Assembly (NCBI GenBank): GCA_964433225.1
Contig: CAYSQA010000002.1
Span: 8,642 to 72,641, forward strand
Reading direction: 5' to 3'
Source: an uncultured Pseudomonadales bacterium
GTDB lineage: Bacteria; Patescibacteriota; Microgenomatia; UBA1400; PJMF01
DNA length: 64,000 nt
The notes beneath the pieces were generated by a model that worked only from the letters and a program-made list of their open reading frames with translations, was not told the origin of the DNA and did no database searches. The position numbers and the translations under genes were made by a program. This document shows positions 16,890-26,524 of this stretch, piece by piece (positions within the stretch are counted from its first letter, which is position 1; each line of letters opens with the position of its first letter).

Positions 16890-18342
16890 TTTTTCTTTTC
16901 AGTAATTTAGTTAATTCCAAAGGAATATGGCCCTCGATTAAAATGACATCATCTTGATTAAATTTGGGAATTAAGGACACTAAAGTGGGTAAGTGGTCAG
17001 TCATTCTTTGTTCAAATACTTCTTTGAAAGCTGCTTTACCGTCAGAGCCGGTATAAAAGACTAAATCAACAATTGGTTTGGCAGTTCTCGCCAAATCCAA
17101 GTGAATTGATTCTGTTTCATCACCCAAATCGACCACTCCGCCGGTAATTAAAATTGTATTTTTCCCCTGTTTTTTAAAGTGATTCAAGATAGCTAGCGCA
17201 GAGCGAAAACCCTTGGGGTTAGTGGTTTTGCCATCATTAATAATGAGGGTTTGGGTAGTAGGGTGAAAATAAGCTTGAGTAAAGACATTCTCTGGTACGA
17301 ATGATTTAATCCCTGTAATGATTTTTTGTTTGGGAATATTTAATATTAAACCCAAACTAATTGCTGCAGCAATTGTTTCTGTATGATGAAGGCCAATTAG
17401 ATTAGTAGTAAGCTTATCTTCTCCCCAATAGACACTCAGTCGAGCTTTATGGTCTAGTTTTTCTTGACTCAACAGTGTTTGTTGGAGTTGAGGAGAGTAA
17501 GGCTGATGTTGTTTACTTTGATCTTCGGCACAGATTTTTTCTGTTCCAGGATCCATTTGGTTATACAAGACTGTACCATCTATTTTGGTTGCTTTGACTA
17601 GTTCTCCCTTAGCCTTAACAATGTTTTCCAAACTACCAAATAAAGCTAAGTGTTGAGCAGTTAGACCAGTAATAATGGTAATATCTGGTTTAAACCAATG
17701 AGCTAGTTTCTTGATTTCTCCTTGTTTATAAGCAGCAAATTCAAGAAACAAAATATCTTGGTTTTGGTAATTTTTAATCAAATCTAAAGCAATACTTAAA
17801 GGTGTATTGTGGGATTTTGGTGGTGTGTAAACAGTATATTGTTGAGCTAAGACACTAGTTGCTAGATGGCGGGTGGCAGTTTTGCCATAACTACCGGTTA
17901 CACCGACTATTTTGGGTTGATGTTTATTTACTTTTTTTTGAGCGATGAATAGTAACACTAAGCTAATCAATAATTTAATTATTTCGGTGACGAAACTACT
18001 AATAACTGGTAACAACGGGATAAAAATATAAATTAAAAAAGGTAGCCACCACCAACCAAGGTTAAGACTAGTGGCAAAAATAAAGCCTAGTAACACTAAA
18101 CTAATAAAAAATACCAGCATCGATCTAATAGTAATGACTGGTCTTTTTAAACCTGTTCTAGAAAAATCTTTTTTTTGAGGAATAAGCCTAAGTAATTCAC
18201 TGCTACCCTCTGGAGAAAGTAAAAAACTCCAGACTCGATCTGAACGGTATTCTTTTTGTTGTGACCAAGCTAACCATCTTAATAACCTCACCAAGGTAAA
18301 AGGCAAGGTACTGATAATACAAAGAATCACCACAATGGTCAT
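16882..18342 (-). CDS. Mur-ligase-family protein with N-terminal transmembrane anchor (PgsB/CapB-like architecture)
   Basis: P-loop VGVTGSYGKTAT, central-domain DITIITGLTAQHLALFGSLE and C-domain INDGKTTNP. The N-terminal UDP-MurNAc-binding domain is replaced by two hydrophobic helices. Confidence 0.75.
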   Translation of the reverse strand: MTIVVILCIISTLPFTLVRLLRWLAWSQQKEYRSDRVWSFLLSPEGSSELLRLIPQKKDFSRTGLKRPVITIRSMLVFFISLVLLGFIFATSLNLGWWWLPFLIYIFIPLLPVISSFVTEIIKLLISLVLLFIAQKKVNKHQPKIVGVTGSYGKTATRHLATSVLAQQYTVYTPPKSHNTPLSIALDLIKNYQNQDILFLEFAAYKQGEIKKLAHWFKPDITIITGLTAQHLALFGSLENIVKAKGELVKATKIDGTVLYNQMDPGTEKICAEDQSKQHQPYSPQLQQTLLSQEKLDHKARLSVYWGEDKLTTNLIGLHHTETIAAAISLGLILNIPKQKIITGIKSFVPENVFTQAYFHPTTQTLIINDGKTTNPKGFRSALAILNHFKKQGKNTILITGGVVDLGDETESIHLDLARTAKPIVDLVFYTGSDGKAAFKEVFEQRMTDHLPTLVSLIPKFNQDDVILIEGHIPLELTKLLKRKND

Positions 18343-19091
18343 AGTTTTTTTTCTTTAATAAATTGATTAATATGATTGAAAACTAGTTGGGGGTGAGTAT
18401 AAACAGGCGAATGTCTAGTTGGTAGCTCAATAAAGTCATTGTGGGGAAGATTGTTTTTAAAAACTTTACCTAAATAAAGGGGGGTAGTTTGGTCATTCTT
18501 CCCCCATAAAATTAAAGTGTGAGTTTTGATGTTAGTTAAGAGTGGTTCAACGGAAAAACTGAGAGCATTGTTGATAGTTACTCTCTGAAAGTGGTTAGCC
18601 TCCAAATAATCTTTTTCTCTAATTAATTTATAAATGATTTTTCTAAAAAAATTTATTTTTTTGAAAATAAAACCAATTTTGGCTAAAAACTTAAGCATAT
18701 TTCTTTTCAAGATTTTTTGCCAAGTGAAGTCTCTAATGCCAGCACTATTGATTAAAATTAGTTTTTCCACTAATTCTGGATTTTGTTCAGTAAAAATAGT
18801 AGCTAATTGCCCTCCAAAGGAATGACCAACTAAAACCACTTTTTTTAATGGTTTGATTTTTGTTTTCAACCAAACTTGATACTCTTCGAGAGTAAAAGTT
18901 TTATTTGGATTGGTGGTTAGTCCTGGGATTTTCCATAGATAAACTTGGTAATTGTTTTTTTCAAATAATTTTTTCAAAGGTTGCCAACGTTCGATCACTG
19001 CGGTATCTGGAGTCCAGCCATGAAGCAAAACAACTTTGGTTGATTGAGGATTCATACAAGATTTTTTATTCTTACTTGCGTTATTATACAA
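18339..19091 (-). CDS. Alpha/beta-fold hydrolase
   Basis: Nucleophile elbow VLVGHSFGG. 4-nt overlap with the downstream Mur-ligase-like gene. Confidence 0.7.
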   Translation of the reverse strand: MYNNASKNKKSCMNPQSTKVVLLHGWTPDTAVIERWQPLKKLFEKNNYQVYLWKIPGLTTNPNKTFTLEEYQVWLKTKIKPLKKVVLVGHSFGGQLATIFTEQNPELVEKLILINSAGIRDFTWQKILKRNMLKFLAKIGFIFKKINFFRKIIYKLIREKDYLEANHFQRVTINNALSFSVEPLLTNIKTHTLILWGKNDQTTPLYLGKVFKNNLPHNDFIELPTRHSPVYTHPQLVFNHINQFIKEKKL

Positions 19092-19098
19092 GATATAG

Positions 19099-20727
19099 AT
19101 GATTAATTCTTATTTTTCAGTAAAGTCGATTTTGGAATTTAAATGGTTAAAGAAGGTTGCGATTGGGTTAGTCATTATTTGGTTACTAAGTATAGTTTTT
19201 ACTCTGGTGGCTTGGTTGTCTATTATCAAAGCCAACCTTGGTTTAGCAAGTTTTTCTTTTGCTGTGGTTAGGCCTGTGACAGGGTTGTTTTCAGTTTTGA
19301 GTTTGAAAAAACTCCCACTTCTTGAATTTTGGCGAGAGAATATTCTTTTAGGTCAGGAAACAGTTAGCTTGATTGCTGAGGCTAAAAACCAAACCGATCC
19401 TTTAACTTGGTTAATGACTAATTATCACTTAGCTAATTTTTTAATTCATAGTGAGGAAATGTTAGCTCAGGGAGAAAAATCTTGGTTAATCAACCAAGTT
19501 TTTACTAAAAATGGCTATGAACCAGCAGAACTCAAAGAGTTAGTTGGTTTATTAAAAATAATCAACCAAGAGAAAGAAGCCGGAAAAAAATACTTATTAA
19601 TTTTTCAAAACTCTGCTGAACTTAGAGCTACTGGTGGTTTTATGGGTTCTTATACTGTGTTGAATTTCTCTCAGCCAGATTTTTTGCGTTTTGTAATCCG
19701 TGATATTTATGATCCAAGTGGATTGAGTCAGACCAAACAGTCACCACTAGGTTATGATTTTTACCTTAGTGAGGGCAAAGGTTTACCACTTCATGATGCT
19801 AATTGGTCAGCTGATTTTTCGACAACGGCCAAAGATATTCTTTGGTTTTTTGCCAATATTGAAGGTGATCCTCAATATTATGATGGGGTAATTGCTTTGA
19901 ACTTTGCTACGTTAGAAAAAACCATTGCTTTGCTGGGCGAGATCTATCTGCCAGATAAAAAAACAGCGATTAGTGCCGATGAGTTGGCTGAGTTACTTCG
20001 AGCTGATCGAACTGAGTTTTTCCCTGGTAGTAATCAAAAAGAAAATAACTTGTCGGCGTTGCAAACAGCTTTGTTTTTGAAAATTAATTCTTTATCAAAC
20101 CAAGAATTAATTGTTTTCTTAAAGGCGTTTTTAAAAGGAGCTTTTTGGCGAGAAATTCAGTTTTTTGCTGTAGATGATTTGGTAGAAAACAATTTTGTCA
20201 AACTAAAAGTAGCTGGAAATTTATATGCCTATAACCAGGAAGAGGTTTTTATTTTCCCAGTCGAATCTAATGTGGGGGTAAATAAAGCCAACCGTTGGGT
20301 GACGCGAACTCTTGCTCTTAGTAAAAATAACCAATTATTACGCTTACAAGTTAATTTTAATAACCAAGCAACAGTGGCTGATCGTCCTGTTTTACCTACT
20401 AATAATGAATTTTATAAAACAGCTTCTCATTTGGGCTATATTAATTACTATCGCCTAATTACTTCTACTAATCTGGAATTGGTTAGTGTTGAAGTTGGAG
20501 AGCAGGTTTTAACAGATTGGGATAAAACAGAGTTAGCAATAGCTAATGGCCAAGTTTATTATCAGTATGGATTTTTGGTGACTGTGCCAGAAAACAACCA
20601 AGTTGAAGTAGTGACTGATTTCGTTATGGCCACAGCTGTTGATCAAGTTTTTATCCAAAAACAGTCTGGTTTAATTTATCAAAATATTATTAATGACAGT
20701 TTCGTCTGGACAGAGGAGTTAGAATAA
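19099..20727 (+). CDS. Membrane-anchored extracytoplasmic protein, DUF4012-like
   Basis: N-terminal TM and a conserved [14 protein letters not shown] block recalled from DUF4012 proteins; the family name is from memory. Confidence 0.5.
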   Translation: MINSYFSVKSILEFKWLKKVAIGLVIIWLLSIVFTLVAWLSIIKANLGLASFSFAVVRPVTGLFSVLSLKKLPLLEFWRENILLGQETVSLIAEAKNQTDPLTWLMTNYHLANFLIHSEEMLAQGEKSWLINQVFTKNGYEPAELKELVGLLKIINQEKEAGKKYLLIFQNSAELRATGGFMGSYTVLNFSQPDFLRFVIRDIYDPSGLSQTKQSPLGYDFYLSEGKGLPLHDANWSADFSTTAKDILWFFANIEGDPQYYDGVIALNFATLEKTIALLGEIYLPDKKTAISADELAELLRADRTEFFPGSNQKENNLSALQTALFLKINSLSNQELIVFLKAFLKGAFWREIQFFAVDDLVENNFVKLKVAGNLYAYNQEEVFIFPVESNVGVNKANRWVTRTLALSKNNQLLRLQVNFNNQATVADRPVLPTNNEFYKTASHLGYINYYRLITSTNLELVSVEVGEQVLTDWDKTELAIANGQVYYQYGFLVTVPENNQVEVVTDFVMATAVDQVFIQKQSGLIYQNIINDSFVWTEELE

Positions 20728-20732
20728 AAGTT

Positions 20733-21815
20733 ATGGAACTTACTTTTGAGGAATTAACAAACTTGGTTGAGCAGGTGAAACAGTTTCTAACAGAAATCGA
20801 TCAACCCACCAAACAAGCAGAATTAAAAGCCTTGCAAACTGAATCTGGTGAACCGGGATTTTGGGAGCGGGGTGATGCTCAACAAAAAATGCAAAGAGTA
20901 TCTGGTTTGCAAGCTCAATTAGATAGTTACCAACAACTAGCCACTTTGGTTGGTGATATTCAAGCTTTTTTGGACTTAGAAACTTCGGAGCAACAAGCCT
21001 TTGCTCAAGAAACAACTGCTAAGTATTGGCAATTAGTTAAACTTTTTAAAGAGCTTGAGCTTGAGACCTACTTAACTGGCAAATATGATGTTGAGGCTGC
21101 GATTCTTTCTGTTCATCCAGGGCAGGGAGGGACTGAAGCTATGGATTGGGCAGAAATGGTAGCTAGGATGTATGCCAGATATTTTGAGAGAAAAGGGTGG
21201 AAGTATTCATTAATTTCTGAGGTTAGAGGTGAAGATGCTGGGATTAAAGAAATGATTTTTGAGGTTAGAGTTAATAATGCTTACGGTTTTTTAAAAAAAG
21301 AGCAAGGAACTCATCGGTTGGTTAGATTGAGTCCTTTTAATGCAGACAACTTAAGACAAACTTCGTTTGCTTTAGTTGAGGTAGCGCCACTTTTAGATGA
21401 TGATAGTGACATAGAGCTTAAAGATACAGATTTAGAGTGGTCATTTATGCGGGCTGGTGGTGCTGGTGGTCAAAGTGTTAATAAAGTTAATAGCGCGGTG
21501 GAATTGAGGCATTTACCCACTGGAATTGTGGTTAGATGTAGAGAAGAAAGAAGTCAGGTGCAAAACAGAGAAAAAGCCTTAAAAATGTTGAAATCAAAAT
21601 TAGCTATTCTTGAGGAAGAAAAACAGTTGGCGGAGTTGAGCAAACAAAAAGGCGAGCATCAACATGCTAGCTGGGGTACTCAAATTAGAAATTATGTTTT
21701 ACATCCTTATCAGTTAGTTAAAGATACCAGAACAGCCGTTGAGACTTCTGATACGGTTGGGGTTTTAGCTGGTGATTTGGATCGATTTATTTTTGCAGAA
21801 ATAAAACTCACATAG
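20733..21815 (+). CDS. prfB: Peptide chain release factor 2
   Basis: SPF tripeptide (RLSPFNA) and GGQ motif ([11 protein letters not shown]). It is one uninterrupted 360-aa ORF. Confidence 0.9.
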   Translation: MELTFEELTNLVEQVKQFLTEIDQPTKQAELKALQTESGEPGFWERGDAQQKMQRVSGLQAQLDSYQQLATLVGDIQAFLDLETSEQQAFAQETTAKYWQLVKLFKELELETYLTGKYDVEAAILSVHPGQGGTEAMDWAEMVARMYARYFERKGWKYSLISEVRGEDAGIKEMIFEVRVNNAYGFLKKEQGTHRLVRLSPFNADNLRQTSFALVEVAPLLDDDSDIELKDTDLEWSFMRAGGAGGQSVNKVNSAVELRHLPTGIVVRCREERSQVQNREKALKMLKSKLAILEEEKQLAELSKQKGEHQHASWGTQIRNYVLHPYQLVKDTRTAVETSDTVGVLAGDLDRFIFAEIKLT

Positions 21816-21845
21816 TGATTTGAAATAGGGTATGATAGTTGGTAT

Positions 21846-22445
21846 ATGTCAGATACTAAGCCCAAAGTAAGAACAGAAAATCTGGATGGTTCACCTGCAA
21901 CCGATACCCTTGACGAAGTCAGAGATGTGAGGCACAATCATGACTCGTCTCCTATTGGCATTAAGACTTTAAATTTAACAACAGAAAAAGAAAAAAAAGA
22001 TATGCAACCTCAACAAAAAAAGATGTTAGCTGTAATAGTTTTTGTCGCCCTCGCTGCTGGTTTTGGCACTGGCTTTGGGGCTTTTAAACTCAAAATGAAA
22101 ACAACTGCCACTGAGTCACCTCAAGCTGGTCAACAAGTGGCTGGTGATGTAGTAAAAGCAGGCGATGTTTTTGGTATCAAGGATGATAAAACTTTCAAAG
22201 ATAGTGCCGAAGGCTATCTAGCTGAGGGTGGTGTTGACGGCGAAGGTTCTCATCGACTTTTGAGAGAAGGTGGGGCCAGTCAAACTGTTTACTTGACTTC
22301 CTCGATTACTGATTTGGATAAATTGATTGGGATGCAAGTTAAGGTTTGGGGAGAAACCTTTAAAGGGCAAAAAGCCGGTTGGTTAATGGATGTTGGGCGA
22401 ATCCAGGTGGTTGAGGTCAAGGCTGAGCCTCCTGTTGAAGAGTAA
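21846..22445 (+). CDS. Hypothetical single-pass membrane protein
   Basis: Complete ORF with one TM segment (MLAVIVFVALAAGFGTGFGAF). No recognisable family. Confidence 0.5.
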   Translation: MSDTKPKVRTENLDGSPATDTLDEVRDVRHNHDSSPIGIKTLNLTTEKEKKDMQPQQKKMLAVIVFVALAAGFGTGFGAFKLKMKTTATESPQAGQQVAGDVVKAGDVFGIKDDKTFKDSAEGYLAEGGVDGEGSHRLLREGGASQTVYLTSSITDLDKLIGMQVKVWGETFKGQKAGWLMDVGRIQVVEVKAEPPVEE

Positions 22446-22508
22446 AAATTGCTTGTTTTTTTACACTAGTTTTCTCGGTACTGAGTTTGTTATTATAGAT
22501 TTACAAAT

Positions 22509-23450
22509 ATGCTTAGTTTTGTGTCCGTAACCAAAAAATTTGGCAATGGGGATGTTGCCCTCAAAGATGTCTCGTTTCATCTTGATTCAGGTGATTTTGT
22601 GATTGTTGCTGGCCCATCTGGAAGTGGTAAGACCACTCTGATGAACCTGTTGATTAAAGACTTGGTTCCCAGTGAAGGTGAAGTTATTTATAAAGATACT
22701 GTGATTAATAACTTATCTGCTTCTAAGCTGCCTGCTCATAGAAGAAAAATCGGCGTAGTTTTTCAAGATTATCGCTTGTTACCAGAATTAAATGTTTGGG
22801 AGAACATTGCTTTACCATTATCGATTATTGGGAAGCCAACAGCTGAAATTGAATCCAGAGTGACTGATTTGTTAAATTTGGTGTCTTTGACTGAAAAAGC
22901 TTTGATGTTTCCCAAGCAATTATCTGGAGGTGAAGCTCAAAGAGTGAGTATAGCTCGGGCTTTAGCCACTGGCCCAAGTTTGATTTTTGCTGACGAACCA
23001 ACCGGAAACTTAGACAGGGAATCAAGTTTAGCCATTATCAAGTTGCTTAAGCAAATCAATAAATTAGGCACCACGATTATTTTGGCTACTCATGATGTAG
23101 TTGTTCTTGATGACCTGGCTAAAGAAAGGATTATTAAATTGGACAAAGGAGTCTTAAAAAGTGATTCTGCTCCCAAGCAGGTTGTTCAAAAAGACTCGCC
23201 CAAATTAGCAGAAAAAACTCCAGCAAAACCATCACCTCAAAAAATCGATAAGAAGGAAAACAAACAGCCGGTTAATAAAGATAAGCACAAGCCTGAACAC
23301 ACTGAAGATCAAGATCTAATTGAGGATTTTACTAAACAGCCTGATCAAACAAAAAAGCCAACCGACGAAAACAAACCTAAAAAATTTGGTTTTTCCTTAC
23401 CTTTTTTCAAGAAAACCAGTAAAGCAGATAAGGAAGAAAAAAAGTCATGA
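22509..23450 (+). CDS. ftsE: Cell-division ABC ATPase FtsE with about 90-aa Lys-rich C-terminal tail
   Basis: Walker A GPSGSGKTT, ABC signature LSGGEAQRVSIARAL and Walker B LIFADEPTGNLD. The low-complexity K/P/E-rich tail is not usual for FtsE. Confidence 0.9.
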   Translation: MLSFVSVTKKFGNGDVALKDVSFHLDSGDFVIVAGPSGSGKTTLMNLLIKDLVPSEGEVIYKDTVINNLSASKLPAHRRKIGVVFQDYRLLPELNVWENIALPLSIIGKPTAEIESRVTDLLNLVSLTEKALMFPKQLSGGEAQRVSIARALATGPSLIFADEPTGNLDRESSLAIIKLLKQINKLGTTIILATHDVVVLDDLAKERIIKLDKGVLKSDSAPKQVVQKDSPKLAEKTPAKPSPQKIDKKENKQPVNKDKHKPEHTEDQDLIEDFTKQPDQTKKPTDENKPKKFGFSLPFFKKTSKADKEEKKS

Positions 23451-24319
23451 AAAAACTTCAAGATGCATTAGTGGCGATTAGACGATCTCCTTACCAGAGT
23501 ACTTTAGCTTTATTAGTGATTACAGTCACTTTTTTTGTTGGTTATGTTTTTTCTCTATTTATTTTGGGCACTGATACAGTGCTGAAGTTTTTTGAGACTA
23601 GACCTCAAGTAATTGCTTTCTTTGAGGTCGGCACTGCTTCCACCGAAGTTGATCGGACTGCTGAAGAAATGAAGAGCAAAAGCTATGTAGCAGAAGTCAA
23701 GATTGTGTCCAAGGAGCAAGCCTTAGAGTTTTATAAACAAGATCACAAAGATAATCCTCTCTTACTGGAGTTGGTGACAGCAGATATTTTGCCGGCTAGT
23801 ATCGAGGTTTCTGGTAAAGATGCCACTTCTTTAGCTTTGATCCAAGAAGATTTGGCTAGTTTTAAAGGGGTAGATGATGTGGTTTATCAAGAAGATATTA
23901 TTAAAAATATTCAGCAATGGACTTCAGCTCTTCGAGCTGTTGGTTTGGTGGTAACCTCGACTTTGGGTTTAGTCTCATTTTTGGTGATTGTTACTCTGAT
24001 GAGTATGAAGATTTCTGCTAGAAGACATGCAATTGCAGTAATGAAAGTGATTGGGGCCACAAATTGGTATGTGAGTGGCCCTTTTGTAATGGAAGGGGTT
24101 CTTTATGGAGTGATGGGATCATTGTTGGGTTGGGGGGTAATGTATGGAGTTTTACTCTATGCAACTCCGTGGTTACAGAGTTTCTTGGGGGTAATTGTTA
24201 GTTTTCCTTTGCCAATTGATTTCTTTATTTATCAGCTTGGAGTTGGTACTTTGGTGGCGGTGATGTTAGGGGCTGGGGCTAGTTTGATGGCTGCTCGACG
24301 AATGTTGAAAAGACGTTAA
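23447..24319 (+). CDS. ftsX: Cell-division permease FtsX
   Basis: The stop overlaps the ftsE end. One N-terminal TM, a periplasmic domain and three C-terminal TMs, which is FtsX topology. Confidence 0.85.
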   Translation: MKKLQDALVAIRRSPYQSTLALLVITVTFFVGYVFSLFILGTDTVLKFFETRPQVIAFFEVGTASTEVDRTAEEMKSKSYVAEVKIVSKEQALEFYKQDHKDNPLLLELVTADILPASIEVSGKDATSLALIQEDLASFKGVDDVVYQEDIIKNIQQWTSALRAVGLVVTSTLGLVSFLVIVTLMSMKISARRHAIAVMKVIGATNWYVSGPFVMEGVLYGVMGSLLGWGVMYGVLLYATPWLQSFLGVIVSFPLPIDFFIYQLGVGTLVAVMLGAGASLMAARRMLKRR

Positions 24320-24331
24320 AATGGGGTAAGG

Positions 24332-25567
24332 ATGAAATTATCTAAAAAGATCATTTTTCTCTGGTTGCTACCAATTTTGTTGGGTACATTGTGGTTTGTT
24401 TCTTTTGACCAAGCTCAAACTATTCAAGCAGATGATTGTGCCAGTATTGTTTGTTCTTCGGCTACTCAATCAGAGACAGATTATTATGAATGTAATAAAA
24501 AGAAACAGGTCTGTTGGGAACAAAAAATTGCCGATGCCCAAACTCAAGCTACTACTTTAACTAGTACCATTAATTTATTAAATGGACAGATTTCTCTTCA
24601 ACAACTTCAAGTTGATCTAACCAAATCAGAAATATTTAAACTGGAAAATCAGGTTACCGAGTTAACTGAAAGAATTAAGGGCTTGGGTTATTCGTTAGAT
24701 AGACTGGGAACAGTCTTGATTGAGCGAGTTCAGGCTCAATATAAACAAAGTAGAACTAGCCCTAGTTTACAGTTACTTGGTTCAGAGTCTTTGACAGATG
24801 TTATTGCCAACTTGAGGTACTTATCTTTGGCACAAAAACAGACTGCTGAGGTGATGGCTAGAACTGAAACTCAACGACTTGAATATGATGAACAAAAACA
24901 ACTCAAGGAAGACAAACAAACAGAACTAGAACTAAAAAAGATTTCTCTAGAGAATTTGCAAGAATCTCTTCGTTCACAAAAGGCAGATCAACAATATCTA
25001 CTGAGTGAGACTAAAAATAATGAAGCTAAATATCAATCAGAACTGGCCAAGACTTTGGCTGAGTTGGAAGCTATTCAGTCGATTATTGCTGGCCGTGGTG
25101 ATGAAAGCAAAGTTAAAGATGTGAAACAAGGCGATAAAATTGCTTCGATTATTGCTGGTCCATCTGCTTGCTCTACTGGAGCTCACCTTCATTTTGAAGT
25201 AGCCAAAGATGGGGCTCATCGTAATCCTGCTGGCTATTTAAAATCTACCGATATTATTTGGCATAACAACCCTGATGATCCCTTTGGTTTCTCTGGTAGC
25301 TGGGAATGGCCAGTTAATAATGCAGCTTTAATTACTCAGGGTTATGGGATGACTTATTATGCCAGAGTCAAGAGATTTTATGGTGGATCGCCTCATACCG
25401 GTATCGACATCCTGAGTAAAACTTCTGGTGATTATACGGTGAAAGCAGTTAGAGATGGTACTTTATATCGAGGTAGTATTAAGTGTGGCGGAGGCTACCT
25501 CAGATATGTTAAGGTTGAGCACAAAGATGACTCTGAAGATACTTATTATCTCCATGTAAATTACTAA
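24332..25567 (+). CDS. EnvC-like coiled-coil M23 (LytM) metallopeptidase
   Basis: Long coiled-coil N-terminal half and a C-terminal M23 domain (GAHLHFEV, HTGIDI). There is an N-terminal Cys cluster (CASIVCSS...YECNKKKQVC). It lies in the ftsEX operon. Confidence 0.85.
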   Translation: MKLSKKIIFLWLLPILLGTLWFVSFDQAQTIQADDCASIVCSSATQSETDYYECNKKKQVCWEQKIADAQTQATTLTSTINLLNGQISLQQLQVDLTKSEIFKLENQVTELTERIKGLGYSLDRLGTVLIERVQAQYKQSRTSPSLQLLGSESLTDVIANLRYLSLAQKQTAEVMARTETQRLEYDEQKQLKEDKQTELELKKISLENLQESLRSQKADQQYLLSETKNNEAKYQSELAKTLAELEAIQSIIAGRGDESKVKDVKQGDKIASIIAGPSACSTGAHLHFEVAKDGAHRNPAGYLKSTDIIWHNNPDDPFGFSGSWEWPVNNAALITQGYGMTYYARVKRFYGGSPHTGIDILSKTSGDYTVKAVRDGTLYRGSIKCGGGYLRYVKVEHKDDSEDTYYLHVNY

Positions 25568-25600
25568 AAAATGTTTCCTGATATAACGTCCCTATAACTA

Positions 25601-25629
25601 TTGACAAAAGGATGCTCTTAAGTTATCAT
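25601..25629 (+). promoter_or_regulatory. Sigma70-type promoter TTGACA-N17-TATCAT
   Basis: Consensus -35, 17-bp spacer and a near-consensus -10. About 140 nt upstream of the ATG at 25777. Confidence 0.5.
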
Positions 25630-25776
25630 ACTATATCAGAATAGTAAAATATTTTTATTATTCTAAAAATAGTAACAGTGTGCAGCCCTACAGTGGGTTG
25701 AATCGTGTCCCTTTTGATTTACTTCTAAAAAGGTAAATCAGGCTTAACAGAACATGGGACTCAAAAAAGGAGACGC

Positions 25777-26100
25777 ATGAAAATCGTCAAATCACTCGTT
25801 GCTGTAGCAGTTGCTGCAGTAATGTTAAATGGTGTTGTTGCCAAAGCTTACGCTGATGAAGTGCAAGTTGAAGCCAACGCTAAAGCAGAAGTTGTTTGTG
25901 AAACAACTGGACAGTATGGTCAAAACACCAACTGTAAAGCTAAGAGTGATGCTACTGCTAGTGCCATCGTTAAACGTGATGGTGTAGTCACTCATGAAGT
26001 AGTTGATACCGGGCTTGATGCTCAAGGTATTGCAATGTCAGTTGGCACTGTTGTCACTGGTGTCGCCGCTACAGTTGCTCGTATTCGTATGGGCAAATAA
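25777..26100 (+). CDS. Small secreted protein, hypothetical
   Basis: Signal peptide MKIVKSLVAVAVAAVMLNGVVAKAYA. Two Cys (CETTGQYGQNTNC). AGGAG SD. Confidence 0.55.
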   Translation: MKIVKSLVAVAVAAVMLNGVVAKAYADEVQVEANAKAEVVCETTGQYGQNTNCKAKSDATASAIVKRDGVVTHEVVDTGLDAQGIAMSVGTVVTGVAATVARIRMGK

Positions 26101-26128
26101 TTTTAGTAATTATATTTGTTAATCAAAG

Positions 26129-26162
26129 CACCCCCTAGTTCTTTCAAAAAGACTAGGGGGTG
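26129..26162 (+). terminator. Hairpin CACCCCCTAGT...ACTAGGGGGTG, putative terminator
   Basis: 11-bp GC-rich stem with a 12-nt loop immediately after the 26100 stop. No strong U-tract follows. Confidence 0.4.
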
Positions 26163-26209
26163 TGTTAATCTAAGAGGGTTCTCGTAAATTAATTGAAGGG
26201 AGTCCTTTC

Positions 26210-26524
26210 ATGGCAAGTAAATCAACTTCTAGCAAACAATACCTTGATGAGGCATTTCAAGAGGTTTGTGAAGAGCTGTTACGAACTTTTATTCAAAAAC
26301 ACAAGGATTATGGTAAAGGCAATATTTTAGATACTGGTGAGTTGGGAATTTTGTTTAGAACTAATGACAAATTGAGACGACTGCAGAACTTATTAACAGC
26401 TGGTAAAAAGCCCAAAAACGAGAGTTTGGATGATAACTGGAAAGATATTGCAGTTTATGCTGTAATTGCTTTGTTAGTTCGTTCTGGTAAGTTTGAAAAA
26501 CTAGTTTTAAATCCCAAAGTCTAG
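26210..26524 (+). CDS. Small cytoplasmic hypothetical protein
   Basis: Complete 104-aa ORF with a GGAG-like SD. No family assigned with confidence. Confidence 0.5.
   Translation: MASKSTSSKQYLDEAFQEVCEELLRTFIQKHKDYGKGNILDTGELGILFRTNDKLRRLQNLLTAGKKPKNESLDDNWKDIAVYAVIALLVRSGKFEKLVLNPKV

Noticed and set aside
20733-20830. Looked for the programmed +1 frameshift site usually present early in prfB.
   Set aside because: The reading frame is continuous from the ATG; no internal UGA or slippery CUU-UGA is seen.
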